64,000 bases of DNA from an uncultured virus (IMG/VR IMGVR_UViG_3300033475_000017) (lineage: Duplodnaviria > Heunggongvirae > Uroviricota > Caudoviricetes), in the IMG/VR virus record IMGVR_UViG_3300033475_000017; one strand, given 5' to 3'. The translations under genes and the position numbers were made by a program. Under the pieces are notes generated by a model, which saw only the letters and a program-made list of their open reading frames with translations, was not told the origin of the DNA and ran no database searches. Of this stretch, positions 9,282 through 18,444 are shown piece by piece. The first letter of the stretch is position 1. Each line of letters begins with the position of its first letter.

Positions 9282-11366
9282 TTACTTGCCTTTCAGCTCG
9301 GCCAGCTTGTTGAACACGAAGTCGTCAACCATCTTGAACAGGTCCGGACGATCGCGTTTGAAGCGCGCCATCAGGGTCTGGAACACGCCCATGCCGCATA
9401 CGGCACGAATCTCGTGCTCGTTCTTGCAGGCACCCACGTCCGCCATGCGGTCCATCGCCCGTTCGCGGTCGGCGTCACGCTCGGCAGGCTTGTCACCTGC
9501 AGCGGGCTGCTGCTGGGCCTGGTCGGCGGCCGGCTCGCCACCGGCGTCATCGGGCATGCCGATCTCAGTCTTGCGTGCCTGAATCGCCTGCTCGATCGCC
9601 ATCTTTGTGGCCCGCGGCATCGGCGCATAGGTCGGCTGGTTGATCGCGACCCAATCGATGATCTGCCCAGGCTTCGTGACGGAGGCCAGCGACATACGGA
9701 CGGCAGCGACATAGGCGGCCAGGCCGGGCCGGCCCTGCTCGTTCTGCGGCACATGGACCAGCCAGAACTTCGGGTTCGTCTCGCCGACACCTTCCGTGTG
9801 GTTTCCGCCATCCTCGGCAGACTCGGATTCGGCCGTGCCGTCATCGGCTTCGCCCGGCGTGTCCTGTTCGATCTCGGCCAGGATTGTGGTCGCTTCGCGC
9901 GACGCGGCGCGGGCGTCTTGGATGGGATCGGCGTTGCCCTCTTTCAGAGCATCAGGATTGGACGATTTCCGCCATTCATCGACAAACCGCTTGGCGAACG
10001 TCACGGGGTTGTCGAAGAAACCATCGTCAACCATCTCGCCGTATTCGTCGGAGAGGTAGAACACCACGGCGTCGGCGGGCAGCTGCTGGGCCTCGGCGGG
10101 CTTCGGCTGTTCATCCTGTGCGGGCGCCGCCGGCTTGGCCTGCTCGGGCTGCTTCTGGCTCTGCGTGGCGCCGCCGGGATAGTAGTCAGCGTCCGACGGC
10201 GGGGGTGGTTCGTCGCCGGCCGGCGGGCCGCCAGCATCAGCCTGTGGCTCGGCCCGCTGCGTGGCGTTCGCCGGCTTGCGCACGTCCGCCGCCCGCTTGG
10301 CCAGTGCCCTCTGCTCGGCCGCCAGCTTGGCTTTCTCGGCTTTCTGCGCCGCCGCCCGGTCGGCCGCAGCCCGATCCTGTTGCGTGGTGTCCGTCGTGGT
10401 GGTGGTGGTCTGCTGCTGTTGCTGCTGCGTCTGACCGGTGTCTGCCGGCCGGCGGTCACCATAGGCCGCGTCAGGCGGATCGGCATCGAAGTCAACGCCA
10501 TCCATGGCGGCGTCAAGGATATTGCCGGTCTCGTCAATCACCGTGCCGTAGTGGACGCCACCGCGATCGCCGCCCTGGTCCAGCACGATCGCCGCGCTCA
10601 ACTCCGGACTGGTCGGGATCCACTTCGACAACTGGTTGAACGCGGTCTTGGATGCCATCGGAATGACGTGCTTGACCCACGGCGCATCGGTGTAGCCGCG
10701 TGGCAGGGCATAGCCCTTCTTCTCGGCTTCCTCTTTGGCGTAGATCGCCGCCTGGTAGCCCTTGCTGCTGTTGCGGATCGCCAACACGTCATCCCACAGC
10801 ATGACCTCGAACGGCATGCCGCCGATCTTGGTGTTGGCCGTTGCATATGCGTGGGTCGGGGTGCCGGTCGCCTTTGCGACAAGCTGCTGGTAGCGCATCG
10901 AATGATGCGAGCCCTTTTCCCAGGCGAACTTGTCGCCCTGGCACACCACGTCCGCATCGACCTGGGTGATCTGGCCGGACCGGAACGACAGATCGACCAT
11001 GCCCTTGTAGCCGATGACAAGCTGGGCCTCGTAATTATCGACCCACGCATTGCCGACCTTCTTCCTGCCCTTGAACGGGATCAGGTAGGCGTGGCCGAGC
11101 GGGGTGTTGATCTCGAGGCCGAGTGCCGAGCACGTCAGCATCTGACCCAGCACACTGCGCATATCGCACTGCAACAGCAACGGCTGCTTGCCGGTGGCCT
11201 GCACGAACGTGCGCAGCAGGCGATCGGCGTTCATGTGCTTGGGCGTCGCCGCCTTCATACGCTCGATGAACTCGCCGCACTGGAAAGCCTGGGCCAGCGT
11301 CTTGCAATCCGCCAGTCGGATCGTCGTCGCCCGGGTGGGTGCCGGGACGTTCGATGTTTCGTTCAT
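9282..11366 (-). CDS. recT: RecT-family single-strand annealing protein with long C-terminal extension
   Basis: 'LGLE..TPLGHAYLIPF', 'QLVIGYKGMVDL..RSG', 'MASKTA...SKWIP.S.E'. Confidence 0.9.
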   Translation of the reverse strand: MNETSNVPAPTRATTIRLADCKTLAQAFQCGEFIERMKAATPKHMNADRLLRTFVQATGKQPLLLQCDMRSVLGQMLTCSALGLEINTPLGHAYLIPFKGRKKVGNAWVDNYEAQLVIGYKGMVDLSFRSGQITQVDADVVCQGDKFAWEKGSHHSMRYQQLVAKATGTPTHAYATANTKIGGMPFEVMLWDDVLAIRNSSKGYQAAIYAKEEAEKKGYALPRGYTDAPWVKHVIPMASKTAFNQLSKWIPTSPELSAAIVLDQGGDRGGVHYGTVIDETGNILDAAMDGVDFDADPPDAAYGDRRPADTGQTQQQQQQTTTTTTDTTQQDRAAADRAAAQKAEKAKLAAEQRALAKRAADVRKPANATQRAEPQADAGGPPAGDEPPPPSDADYYPGGATQSQKQPEQAKPAAPAQDEQPKPAEAQQLPADAVVFYLSDEYGEMVDDGFFDNPVTFAKRFVDEWRKSSNPDALKEGNADPIQDARAASREATTILAEIEQDTPGEADDGTAESESAEDGGNHTEGVGETNPKFWLVHVPQNEQGRPGLAAYVAAVRMSLASVTKPGQIIDWVAINQPTYAPMPRATKMAIEQAIQARKTEIGMPDDAGGEPAADQAQQQPAAGDKPAERDADRERAMDRMADVGACKNEHEIRAVCGMGVFQTLMARFKRDRPDLFKMVDDFVFNKLAELKGK

Positions 11367-11413
11367 AGGTTCTCGCTAGTTGGGGGTCAGAAAGGATCGC
11401 TGTTGTTGGGGCG

Positions 11414-11878
11414 CTAAAACGGAATGTCGGCCATATACCAGAGCGATTGGCCGCCCTCGGTGGTGAAGCGGTTGAACGTGGCGGTCTTCGGTTCCCGAAT
11501 GAACGCCCGCACGGCAGCCTTTGCATCATCGATCGAAGTGGCTTCGACCAAGCAACTCATGCCATGCGTCGGCTTTTCAGCCCACATACTCAGGTCTGCC
11601 GCGCAAGGAAGTTTCGCCGCGCCGAGCCCGTCCGACGTCACCTGATACAGCCGGTCCAGGATCGCATCGTGCGCGTAGATAGCGACCGGCGGCCTGGCGG
11701 GCTCGACCTCGGGAAATTCGGTGTCCATCTCGGGCGGCGGCGTGATGTCGACCAGCCGATAACCGTTGTCGTTCCAGTCATCCAGCACATCGATCAACTG
11801 GCCGGTGCTGACGTCGATGCCTACCCGCGCGAACAATTCGTTCAGGTAGCGCATTGCCTTCAATGTGGGTTTGTCCAT
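11414..11878 (-). CDS. Hypothetical protein ending in -DIPF
   Basis: In-operon ORF. Confidence 0.6.
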   Translation of the reverse strand: MDKPTLKAMRYLNELFARVGIDVSTGQLIDVLDDWNDNGYRLVDITPPPEMDTEFPEVEPARPPVAIYAHDAILDRLYQVTSDGLGAAKLPCAADLSMWAEKPTHGMSCLVEATSIDDAKAAVRAFIREPKTATFNRFTTEGGQSLWYMADIPF

Positions 11879-11880
11879 GT

Positions 11881-12741
11881 TCAGCGCCTTGTGCTTAGGT
11901 TTTCTTCGAACTCGAAGCGAACCCCGGGGATGGTGATGGTTGGCGAGCTGCCAGCCCCCTTGCCGCCGGGCGGGATGCTGGCCTTCATCGCGGCGTCGAT
12001 CAGCGCCTGGGACGGTACGCAGTGTTCGCGGGGAACGGCCCGCGGATCGACAATGACCGCCTTCCACTTGCCGCGCAGCGACGACATCGTGCCCAGATCG
12101 CCATAGACACGGCCGGCTTCTTTGGTGCTGGGCAGCTTGGTCCGGAACGGCGATGGCTCGTGCGGCGCGTTCAGTGCCGCCTCTTCCGCCGCGATCGCTG
12201 CGTCAAGGTCAGCCGCGCTCATCGTCTCGGCGGCTTGCGTGTTGGCCCGCTCCGCTTCTTCCTGCAGTTCGCGCTGCCGCTTCTGCTCGGCATCCTGCTG
12301 CTCGCGGATCAGCTTCTGGCGGGCCTCTTCAGCCTTGCGCCGCTGGTCCTGCGCGAACTTGGTCAGTGGCCCGTTCAGCTTCGCCGCGCCCGCGCGCAAC
12401 TGATCCGCCAGTTCGGTCTTGAAGATGCCATCGATGATGCGTGTGGCATCCAGGATCGGCTTCTTGATCTCGGCGCGCAGCCCGACCGACGAAGACTTGT
12501 CGATCGTGTCGATCTCGCGGAGCACTTGGCCCAGCGTGTCGGTGGCCTCTTTGGCGTCGTCTTCTGAGCCAACACCTTCGGCGTGGTCGGCGACCCAATC
12601 GGCGACCATCTTCAGCAGCTCGTCACGCCGAACAAACAGGTGGTGGTGATCCAGACGGAGCTGGTCGGCCAGGCCGGCCGTCTCCAACAAGGGGACCAGG
12701 CCGGGCGGGTTGTTGTGCCCGCGGGACAGGACTTCGCTCAA
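11881..12741 (-). CDS. Coiled-coil phage protein, common in recombination modules
   Basis: N-terminal GHNNPP motif, 'KKPILDA.R.IDG.F', C-terminal 'IPGV.F'. Confidence 0.7.
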   Translation of the reverse strand: MSEVLSRGHNNPPGLVPLLETAGLADQLRLDHHHLFVRRDELLKMVADWVADHAEGVGSEDDAKEATDTLGQVLREIDTIDKSSSVGLRAEIKKPILDATRIIDGIFKTELADQLRAGAAKLNGPLTKFAQDQRRKAEEARQKLIREQQDAEQKRQRELQEEAERANTQAAETMSAADLDAAIAAEEAALNAPHEPSPFRTKLPSTKEAGRVYGDLGTMSSLRGKWKAVIVDPRAVPREHCVPSQALIDAAMKASIPPGGKGAGSSPTITIPGVRFEFEENLSTRR

Positions 12742-13055
12742 GAACGTGTCTCCAGCTCTTCGCGAACGATCTTGCGAAGCAGCTCATCGATGGTCGGTTT
12801 CGGGGGATCTTCGGGCTTGGGCGGCGACAGGTTATCCAGTTTCGCAAGGCCCATTTCGGCGCAGCACCGGTCGCACCAGAGGACGGTTTTGACGAATGTG
12901 GTGTCGCGATCGCCGGAGCGGATACCGCCAGACGTCTGGTAACCGTCCCGCATGACGACATCGATCGTCTTCATCCACCTGTCAGTATCGCCGAATTTCC
13001 GGTCGCGATCCTGGGCGTGGCCGCACCGATCGCAGGTAAATGTCTCAGTCTTCAT
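12738..13055 (-). CDS. Small Cys-rich (zinc-ribbon-like) hypothetical protein
   Basis: CDRC...CDRC motifs; coupled junctions. Confidence 0.6.
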   Translation of the reverse strand: MKTETFTCDRCGHAQDRDRKFGDTDRWMKTIDVVMRDGYQTSGGIRSGDRDTTFVKTVLWCDRCCAEMGLAKLDNLSPPKPEDPPKPTIDELLRKIVREELETRS

Positions 13056-13311
13056 TGACTGCGGCCTCGCCTTCGCCGGGCGTGTAGACCGGCGCATCGG
13101 GGATCTCCACGTCGGCCGGCACGGCCGTGACCGTGTAGCCATGCCGGTGCAGTTCATCGAGGAACGACGGCACTTTCGCGCCCATCGCCTTGGTGCTGGC
13201 GGCCGCATCGAGGGCGGTACTGATCGCCCCCATCATCGCCATCGCGTCCATCGCCGAGAACGGCAGCGACTGCTGCTGTGCCGACGGTGGGTGGTGCAAG
13301 TGCAGGCTCAT
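13045..13311 (-). CDS. Hypothetical protein
   Basis: AGGAG RBS, overlapping junctions. Confidence 0.55.
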   Translation of the reverse strand: MSLHLHHPPSAQQQSLPFSAMDAMAMMGAISTALDAAASTKAMGAKVPSFLDELHRHGYTVTAVPADVEIPDAPVYTPGEGEAAVNED

Positions 13312-13664
13312 CGTGCGCTTCTCCTTTGATAGAGAGGGGACAGCAGTCGAAGATTGATCGGCTTCTTCGGATTTGCTGCAGGGTGATCTGGCTGGTGCTC
13401 GCGGGCGTGCTTCGCGACAGCCAAAAGGTAATTGTGTTCCGAGGGCGTGATCTTTTCGCCCCAAATTGCAATCCGATCCACCGCATCGAGTTGCCAGGAG
13501 TCGGTTCCGCCGACGGAAAGTTCCCCATCGATAAAGGCCGTAGCCTTTCCTTCCACGAACCGGATTTCCGCAGCCACCCAAACGCCTTTTCGGTTCAGTT
13601 TGACCCGATAAAAACCCTCAAAAGCGTAGTGTGGACCTCGGTATTCCGACTGTGGTTCGGCCAT
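13308..13664 (-). CDS. Hypothetical protein, first gene of the leftward operon
   Basis: 'GFYRVKL.RKG.WVAA.I' and 'P.ANP.KPINL' phage pattern. Confidence 0.65.
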   Translation of the reverse strand: MAEPQSEYRGPHYAFEGFYRVKLNRKGVWVAAEIRFVEGKATAFIDGELSVGGTDSWQLDAVDRIAIWGEKITPSEHNYLLAVAKHAREHQPDHPAANPKKPINLRLLSPLYQRRSAR

Positions 13665-13790
13665 GGGTGACGTGCCCTGTGCGTCGATCTGCATTCAGAT
13701 TGGCGCGCGAATGAAACGGTTGTCAACGCCGAATTGATGTGCCATCGTGAATAAATTCGGCGGGACAGACGCCCTCAGTTGGAGACGAAT

Positions 13791-14006
13791 ATGGCCGAGC
13801 GAAACCGTCTTAATATCAGTGTGCCAAAGGAACTATCTCGGGATCTTCGGGACGCATGCACGGACACCGGCCGGTCACCCGCTGAAATCTTGGCGTCGTC
13901 ATTCGCCCTCTGGAAAGCGGCACGAGATGCCCGCGCCCAAGGTAAATCGGTTGGATTTACATCTGACCCGTCCCGACTGGAAACCCAGTACGTCGGCGGC
14001 CTCTGA
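13791..14006 (+). CDS. Ribbon-helix-helix (CopG/Arc-like) regulator
   Basis: 'RLNISVPKEL..DL...C...G.S.AEIL' RHH pattern; GGAG RBS; at divergent control region. Confidence 0.7.
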   Translation: MAERNRLNISVPKELSRDLRDACTDTGRSPAEILASSFALWKAARDARAQGKSVGFTSDPSRLETQYVGGL

Positions 14007-14072
14007 CCGATTTCCTACAAGGGGCCGATTGGCCCTGCGATGTTTCGCGTCAACCTGAGTGGAGTGTAACAG

Positions 14073-14684
14073 ATGGCCGACCGCCTATCCTCACCCGAAG
14101 AATCACGCAAGTCGAACCTCACGCCGAATACTTTTCTGGATTTCTGGGAAAAGTGGCGTGCTGCAAAGCGCCAGCTCGGCGAGTCATCGTCCGAGGTCAT
14201 GCACATCAAGAAGGGCATGAAGGGCGCAGGCATTGATGCGCGTGCGTTTGACATGATGGTCAAGCTGAATGACCTGGATCCCGATGAAGCGTCGACCGTG
14301 ATCAAATCGGTGCTGCGCTATGCGACCTGGTGCGGGATGCCGTTCGCGACGCAGAGCGACCTGACCCGCGGCATGGCGATCGAGAAGCCCGACGACAGCG
14401 CCAAGGCCAAGCACGACCTGGCACGCGCGAAGGATGATGGATACTTTGCCGGAAAGGACGGCAGCAAGCGCCGCGACGAAAACCCGTTTGCCGGCGGCAG
14501 CGAGGGCCATGTCCAGTGGGACATGGGCTGGCTGGAAGGCCAGGAAGTCATTGCTCGCCGTATGGCGACCGGTGGCGGCGATGGCGGTGTGACACAGGCC
14601 CGGCCACGCGGGCGGCCGCTTGGGAGCGGCAAGAAGGCAGCGGCTGCCGCTGCTGAAACGAAGGCCGACGACACGGTACACTGA
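14073..14684 (+). CDS. GapR/DUF2312-like DNA-binding domain fused to an RMF-like motif and AT-hook
   Basis: 'K..MKGAGID.RAF..MVKL..LD...Y..WCGM'; 'GYFAG.DG...NPF...WD.GWLEG'; 'RPRGRP'. Confidence 0.6.
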   Translation: MADRLSSPEESRKSNLTPNTFLDFWEKWRAAKRQLGESSSEVMHIKKGMKGAGIDARAFDMMVKLNDLDPDEASTVIKSVLRYATWCGMPFATQSDLTRGMAIEKPDDSAKAKHDLARAKDDGYFAGKDGSKRRDENPFAGGSEGHVQWDMGWLEGQEVIARRMATGGGDGGVTQARPRGRPLGSGKKAAAAAAETKADDTVH

Positions 14685-14685
14685 G

Positions 14686-15489
14686 ATGCCGCAGGCCTCG
14701 GTGGATTGGACCGATCATACTCTGATTCAGAAGCTGATCGACCTCTGGAACTGGCGGGACGCGCAGACAGGGGCGAAGCACTCAACGGCGGCCATCGCCG
14801 ACAAGATGGGCGTCACCAAGAACGCTATCGTCGGCAAGGCCCATCGGCTTGGGCTAGAGCCGCGACCGTCGCCAATCCACCGTGTGCCTGGCGCTGCGCC
14901 TGTGCGGGACAGACCCCCGTCGCCGGCGTATGCGCCCACCACGACGCTCGCGCCTTTGGAAAGCACGCAGGCTGTTGTCTATCCGGCCTATGACGGGGCG
15001 CGGGACCGGTTCGGCAGGCCCCTGATCTGGGCAGCATGGTTCGAGAGCCTGCCCCAGCCGCGCCGGCATGCGCTGGTCAACTCGGAACACCAGCTCGCGT
15101 GCAAGACCATGCGCGATGCCAAATACAAGCGCCCATGGCACTGCACATGCGGTGTGACGCGCTATCCGGAAGGCTGGGAGCCACCGGCCAAGATGATGCC
15201 TGCAGCGCAGCCTGCACCGGCCCACGTGTCTGTTGCAGCGCCACCGACCCAGATCGTTGTGCGGCCGCCAGAGCCAGAACGCCGATCGCTGACACCTTCG
15301 ATCTTCCGGCAGCCCGAATCATGCTGCTGGCCGATCGGAAACCCTGGCACGCGGGCGTTCCGCTACTGCGATGGCGCCTCTGTGCCGGGCAAGCCCTACT
15401 GCGAAGATCATTGCAAGCTGGGCTACTCCAAGACCGAAACGGCACGGTTCGACAAGCGTGTAACGGCCAAGCTCGGGTCTCTTCGTTGA
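14686..15489 (+). CDS. gcrA: GcrA-family cell-cycle regulator homolog
   Basis: N-terminal 'WTD..IQKL..LW...STAAIA..MGVTKNAIVGKAHRLGL..RPSPI'; C-terminal 'CCWPIG.PG...FRYC....PGKPYC..HC..GY'. Confidence 0.92.
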   Translation: MPQASVDWTDHTLIQKLIDLWNWRDAQTGAKHSTAAIADKMGVTKNAIVGKAHRLGLEPRPSPIHRVPGAAPVRDRPPSPAYAPTTTLAPLESTQAVVYPAYDGARDRFGRPLIWAAWFESLPQPRRHALVNSEHQLACKTMRDAKYKRPWHCTCGVTRYPEGWEPPAKMMPAAQPAPAHVSVAAPPTQIVVRPPEPERRSLTPSIFRQPESCCWPIGNPGTRAFRYCDGASVPGKPYCEDHCKLGYSKTETARFDKRVTAKLGSLR

Positions 15490-15490
15490 C

Positions 15491-15676
15491 ATGGCGAGCA
15501 AGCGTCGCATCCGCCGCAAGTCGTGCACCAACAAGCGGCGGCATGCGACCCAGGGTGATGCGAAACGAGCTGTCGCGGTGATGATCCGCACCAAACCCGA
15601 TGGACGACGAATCGTGGCGTATTCTTGTGGTTTCTGCGGCGGCTGGCACATCGGGCACAATGGAGTGCCGCTTTGA
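15491..15676 (+). CDS. Small basic zinc-finger-like protein
   Basis: C..K.R...Y.C.FC.GWH motif. Confidence 0.65.
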   Translation: MASKRRIRRKSCTNKRRHATQGDAKRAVAVMIRTKPDGRRIVAYSCGFCGGWHIGHNGVPL

Positions 15677-16200
15677 TGCTGGTGCCCCCGATTGCTCTAC
15701 TTGAGGCCATAGATGTGGCCGACGCGAACGCAGCACTCGTTCGCTGGGGCCACAAGATGGGGCCGTGCAACCGACCGAACGGCCATATGTGGGCGCAAGG
15801 GCTATTTGCGCACGGTGAATTGGTTGGCGTGGCGATATCGTCGGCGCTCATCAGCGCCACGTGCGCCGGCCTGACCCGTCGCGACGCATTTGAACTAGCG
15901 CGGCTTTGTGCCGCCAAAACCGACCTGTGCCGGGTCATCCTGCGTCTCTGGAGGGAGTTCGCGTTCCCAGCACATTGTCGTCAGCACGGATTTGAATGGG
16001 CAGTCAGCTATCAGGATGAGTCCCTGCATAGCGGGGACACGTATCGTTTCGATGGCTGGGTGCGGTTGCGCGAGAATGCGCAGAGCGGCACCGATCAGCG
16101 CACCGGTCGCAAGGGGCGATCGAAAACTATTTGGGGCTGGCACGCTGATAGAGCGGTCAGGCGTGCGGCATCGTTGGACTATAAGGAAGCCGCGACATGA
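15676..16200 (+). CDS. Mom/XF1762-like GNAT-fold putative DNA-modification protein
   Basis: 'ANA....H', 'LVGVAI', 'ELARLC', 'VSY.D...HSG.TYR..GW'. Confidence 0.7.
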   Translation: MLVPPIALLEAIDVADANAALVRWGHKMGPCNRPNGHMWAQGLFAHGELVGVAISSALISATCAGLTRRDAFELARLCAAKTDLCRVILRLWREFAFPAHCRQHGFEWAVSYQDESLHSGDTYRFDGWVRLRENAQSGTDQRTGRKGRSKTIWGWHADRAVRRAASLDYKEAAT

Positions 16201-16814
16201 CCCGACCCGGCGGCATCCTGGCGCTGGACATCAGCCTGTCCACCGGATGGGCGCTGGGCCACCCGCACAGCAACGACAAGCCCGCCGGCGGCGTCTGGAA
16301 GCTCGGCACGATGAAGGACCGCGCGGGAAACCTACAGCTCGGCTACCTGGGCTCCTGCATGATGAACCAGGTCGAGACCGTCCTTTATTCGCACGCACCG
16401 GTTCGGGTGGTGTTTGAATCGCCGGTGTCGAAGGCGCAGACAACCGATCGCCTCCTGAAATACTTGTGCGGTGCGGTAGAGATCGCGTGTTTCGAGGCTG
16501 GTGTTCCATGCTTCGAGGTCGGTGCGCCGACAGCACGAGCGATGGTGCTGGGCCGCGGCACGTTCCCCCGCCCGTGGAAGGGTGAGGGCAAATGGGTCAT
16601 GCGCAAGGTCAGGGGCAGCAAGACCGACGAAAAGCAAAAGGTGCTGGTCGGCGACGCAAAACAGGAAGTCGGGATCTGGTGCCAAGAGCAAGGGCTGAAC
16701 CCGACCGACGACAATCACGCGGACGCTTTGTTGCTTCTGCGATACGCATGCATCATGGCAAAGTCGCGTGTGACGGCTGGCGCTGGCAGCGTCTGGCGAA
16801 GTGACAACTCGTAA
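16197..16814 (+). CDS. RuvC-like Holliday junction resolvase
   Basis: 'ILALD.S..TGWA', 'VVFE.P', 'DDN.ADA' acidic triad. Confidence 0.8.
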   Translation: MTRPGGILALDISLSTGWALGHPHSNDKPAGGVWKLGTMKDRAGNLQLGYLGSCMMNQVETVLYSHAPVRVVFESPVSKAQTTDRLLKYLCGAVEIACFEAGVPCFEVGAPTARAMVLGRGTFPRPWKGEGKWVMRKVRGSKTDEKQKVLVGDAKQEVGIWCQEQGLNPTDDNHADALLLLRYACIMAKSRVTAGAGSVWRSDNS

Positions 16815-16837
16815 TAGTTCCCAACGAGGTAATATCC

Positions 16838-17329
16838 ATGAGACAGAAGAAAGGCACCGTTGTCACTGGCCGGCAGGTGGGCCTGTTCGGCAATGAGCTG
16901 GTGGAGCAACGACACGCCGAGGCGTTCGACAGGGCGGAAGACATCCGTACTCGAGCTTGGCGCGAGGGCGCCCAGATCATCCGGACGCTGACGGGTAAGA
17001 GCGAAGGCCAGGCGCGCACAATGGTCCACCGGCTGCTGCGTGACGCGCGTGACGACTGTGCGCTGCTGCTGGCGTGCCTGCAGGAAGCGCTGGACCTGCG
17101 GCCGATCGAACCGATCGCGTGGCTGGTGAAAGCCATCCGTAGCCGTGCCAGCGACCGTGCGGCGGTGGAGCGGATCGCCGGCGACTGGGATCTGGTTGCA
17201 CCGGAGGATCTTGATGCGAATGCCGCCCGGCTGATGCAGCGCGAATCGTCGGGAGAACCGGCCCACAGAGCCAGCCAGCGTGTGCCCGAACCGCTGGCGC
17301 TGGAGTTTGCGAATCGGTGGGGTGACTGA
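16838..17329 (+). CDS. Hypothetical protein resembling the C-terminal part of alphaproteobacterial phage replication proteins
   Basis: 'RP.EPIAWL..AI' pattern; position in operon. Confidence 0.5.
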   Translation: MRQKKGTVVTGRQVGLFGNELVEQRHAEAFDRAEDIRTRAWREGAQIIRTLTGKSEGQARTMVHRLLRDARDDCALLLACLQEALDLRPIEPIAWLVKAIRSRASDRAAVERIAGDWDLVAPEDLDANAARLMQRESSGEPAHRASQRVPEPLALEFANRWGD

Positions 17330-17331
17330 CC

Positions 17332-18078
17332 ATGCTGAACCCCGATGCACAGACCCTGAAGCACATCACGAGCTGGGTGAAACAACTCCACGATGCCGTG
17401 CCGCGCCACGATGAGGGCGATCCGCCGACGAAAGAGAAATGGGCGGTGCTGGCCTCACTGCTGGGTAAGGACTATCCGAGCGGCGCGTTCACGATGGCGA
17501 GCCTCCACGCGACCGCACAGGGCCTGACGTACTTCCCCGGTTACGAGATCATCCGCCAGCGCGTGGGTTCCTGGTGGCAGGCCAATATGCCGGCGATCGC
17601 CCGGGGGATCGACAACGACTCCCGCTACATCGGGTTGAGCACCGTCGAGCGCCGGTGGATGGCGTTCTGGGACGATGCGACGGCACGCGGCTTCAAGGCC
17701 AAGCGCGAGGGCGACCCTCCGATGAACGCTGGCATCATCGACAGCATGATCCGCCGGTACGCACCACGGGTGTGGGACCGGCTGAACCCCGCCCAGTTTC
17801 CTGCATCGATCACAGGCGCGCAGAAGAGCCTGGCCGAAGATTGGGCCGATGATGAGGGCATCTATGAGCTGCGCCACAAGTATGCCGACGATCCGGCCGC
17901 GCTCGGCCTGCTGCGTGACCTGGTGACCAAGCACGCACCGCAGCACATGCACATGGTGCCTGAAAAGGTGGTGCCGTCAGCGACGGCCCAGAGCGGCGGC
18001 ATTGGCAAGCCGGTGATCAAGCCGGCGTTCCTGACGCCAGACCAGATCGCGGCGGCGAAGGAAAGGAAGGTGGCATGA
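17332..18078 (+). CDS. Hypothetical protein (possible replication accessory or helicase loader-like)
   Basis: 'F...SL....L.YFP.Y..I' pattern; operon position. Confidence 0.5.
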   Translation: MLNPDAQTLKHITSWVKQLHDAVPRHDEGDPPTKEKWAVLASLLGKDYPSGAFTMASLHATAQGLTYFPGYEIIRQRVGSWWQANMPAIARGIDNDSRYIGLSTVERRWMAFWDDATARGFKAKREGDPPMNAGIIDSMIRRYAPRVWDRLNPAQFPASITGAQKSLAEDWADDEGIYELRHKYADDPAALGLLRDLVTKHAPQHMHMVPEKVVPSATAQSGGIGKPVIKPAFLTPDQIAAAKERKVA

Positions 18079-18229
18079 CGCGCAAAATCACCCGTATTAT
18101 CTGCAAATTGGCGATTGGTTATATCGCCCAAGGGTGGGTTGCGGCGACGTTTCCGGCCGCACCTATCCTGTGTGAACTGGCAACGACCTTTGCTGTCATC
18201 GCGATCATCGACTGGGGCACTAGGGGCAC

Positions 18230-18415
18230 ATGAGCGACAAGCCGCTGTACCAGCCCTGGAAGCGTGGCGAGGACATGACCACCTGGGTCAACGTGCGCGT
18301 CTGGTCGGAACTGGACTGGCAGTATCACGACCTCCGATGGGCGATCCGGAATTGCGATACGCCCCCGGTATCAAACCCACCTTTCGCCTATGTCACGAGC
18401 GTCAAAATCTATTGA
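18230..18415 (+). CDS. Small hypothetical protein
   Basis: AGGGG RBS; ends at the promoter/operator. Confidence 0.5.
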   Translation: MSDKPLYQPWKRGEDMTTWVNVRVWSELDWQYHDLRWAIRNCDTPPVSNPPFAYVTSVKIY

Positions 18416-18427
18416 CGCATCGTGCGT
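18412..18427 (+). promoter_or_regulatory. TTGAC -35-like box overlapped by palindromic operator ACGCATCGTGCGT
   Basis: Sequence; the motif recurs at other intergenic sites. Confidence 0.6.
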
Positions 18428-18444
18428 GATAGTGTGATTGTTCC

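Noticed and set aside
9078..11417. 779-aa + strand ORF, and similar long antisense ORFs (40257-41555, 47449-48615, 49315-50427, 51162-52583)
   Set aside because: Shadow frames of real genes on the opposite strand; expected in GC-rich DNA and lacking motifs.
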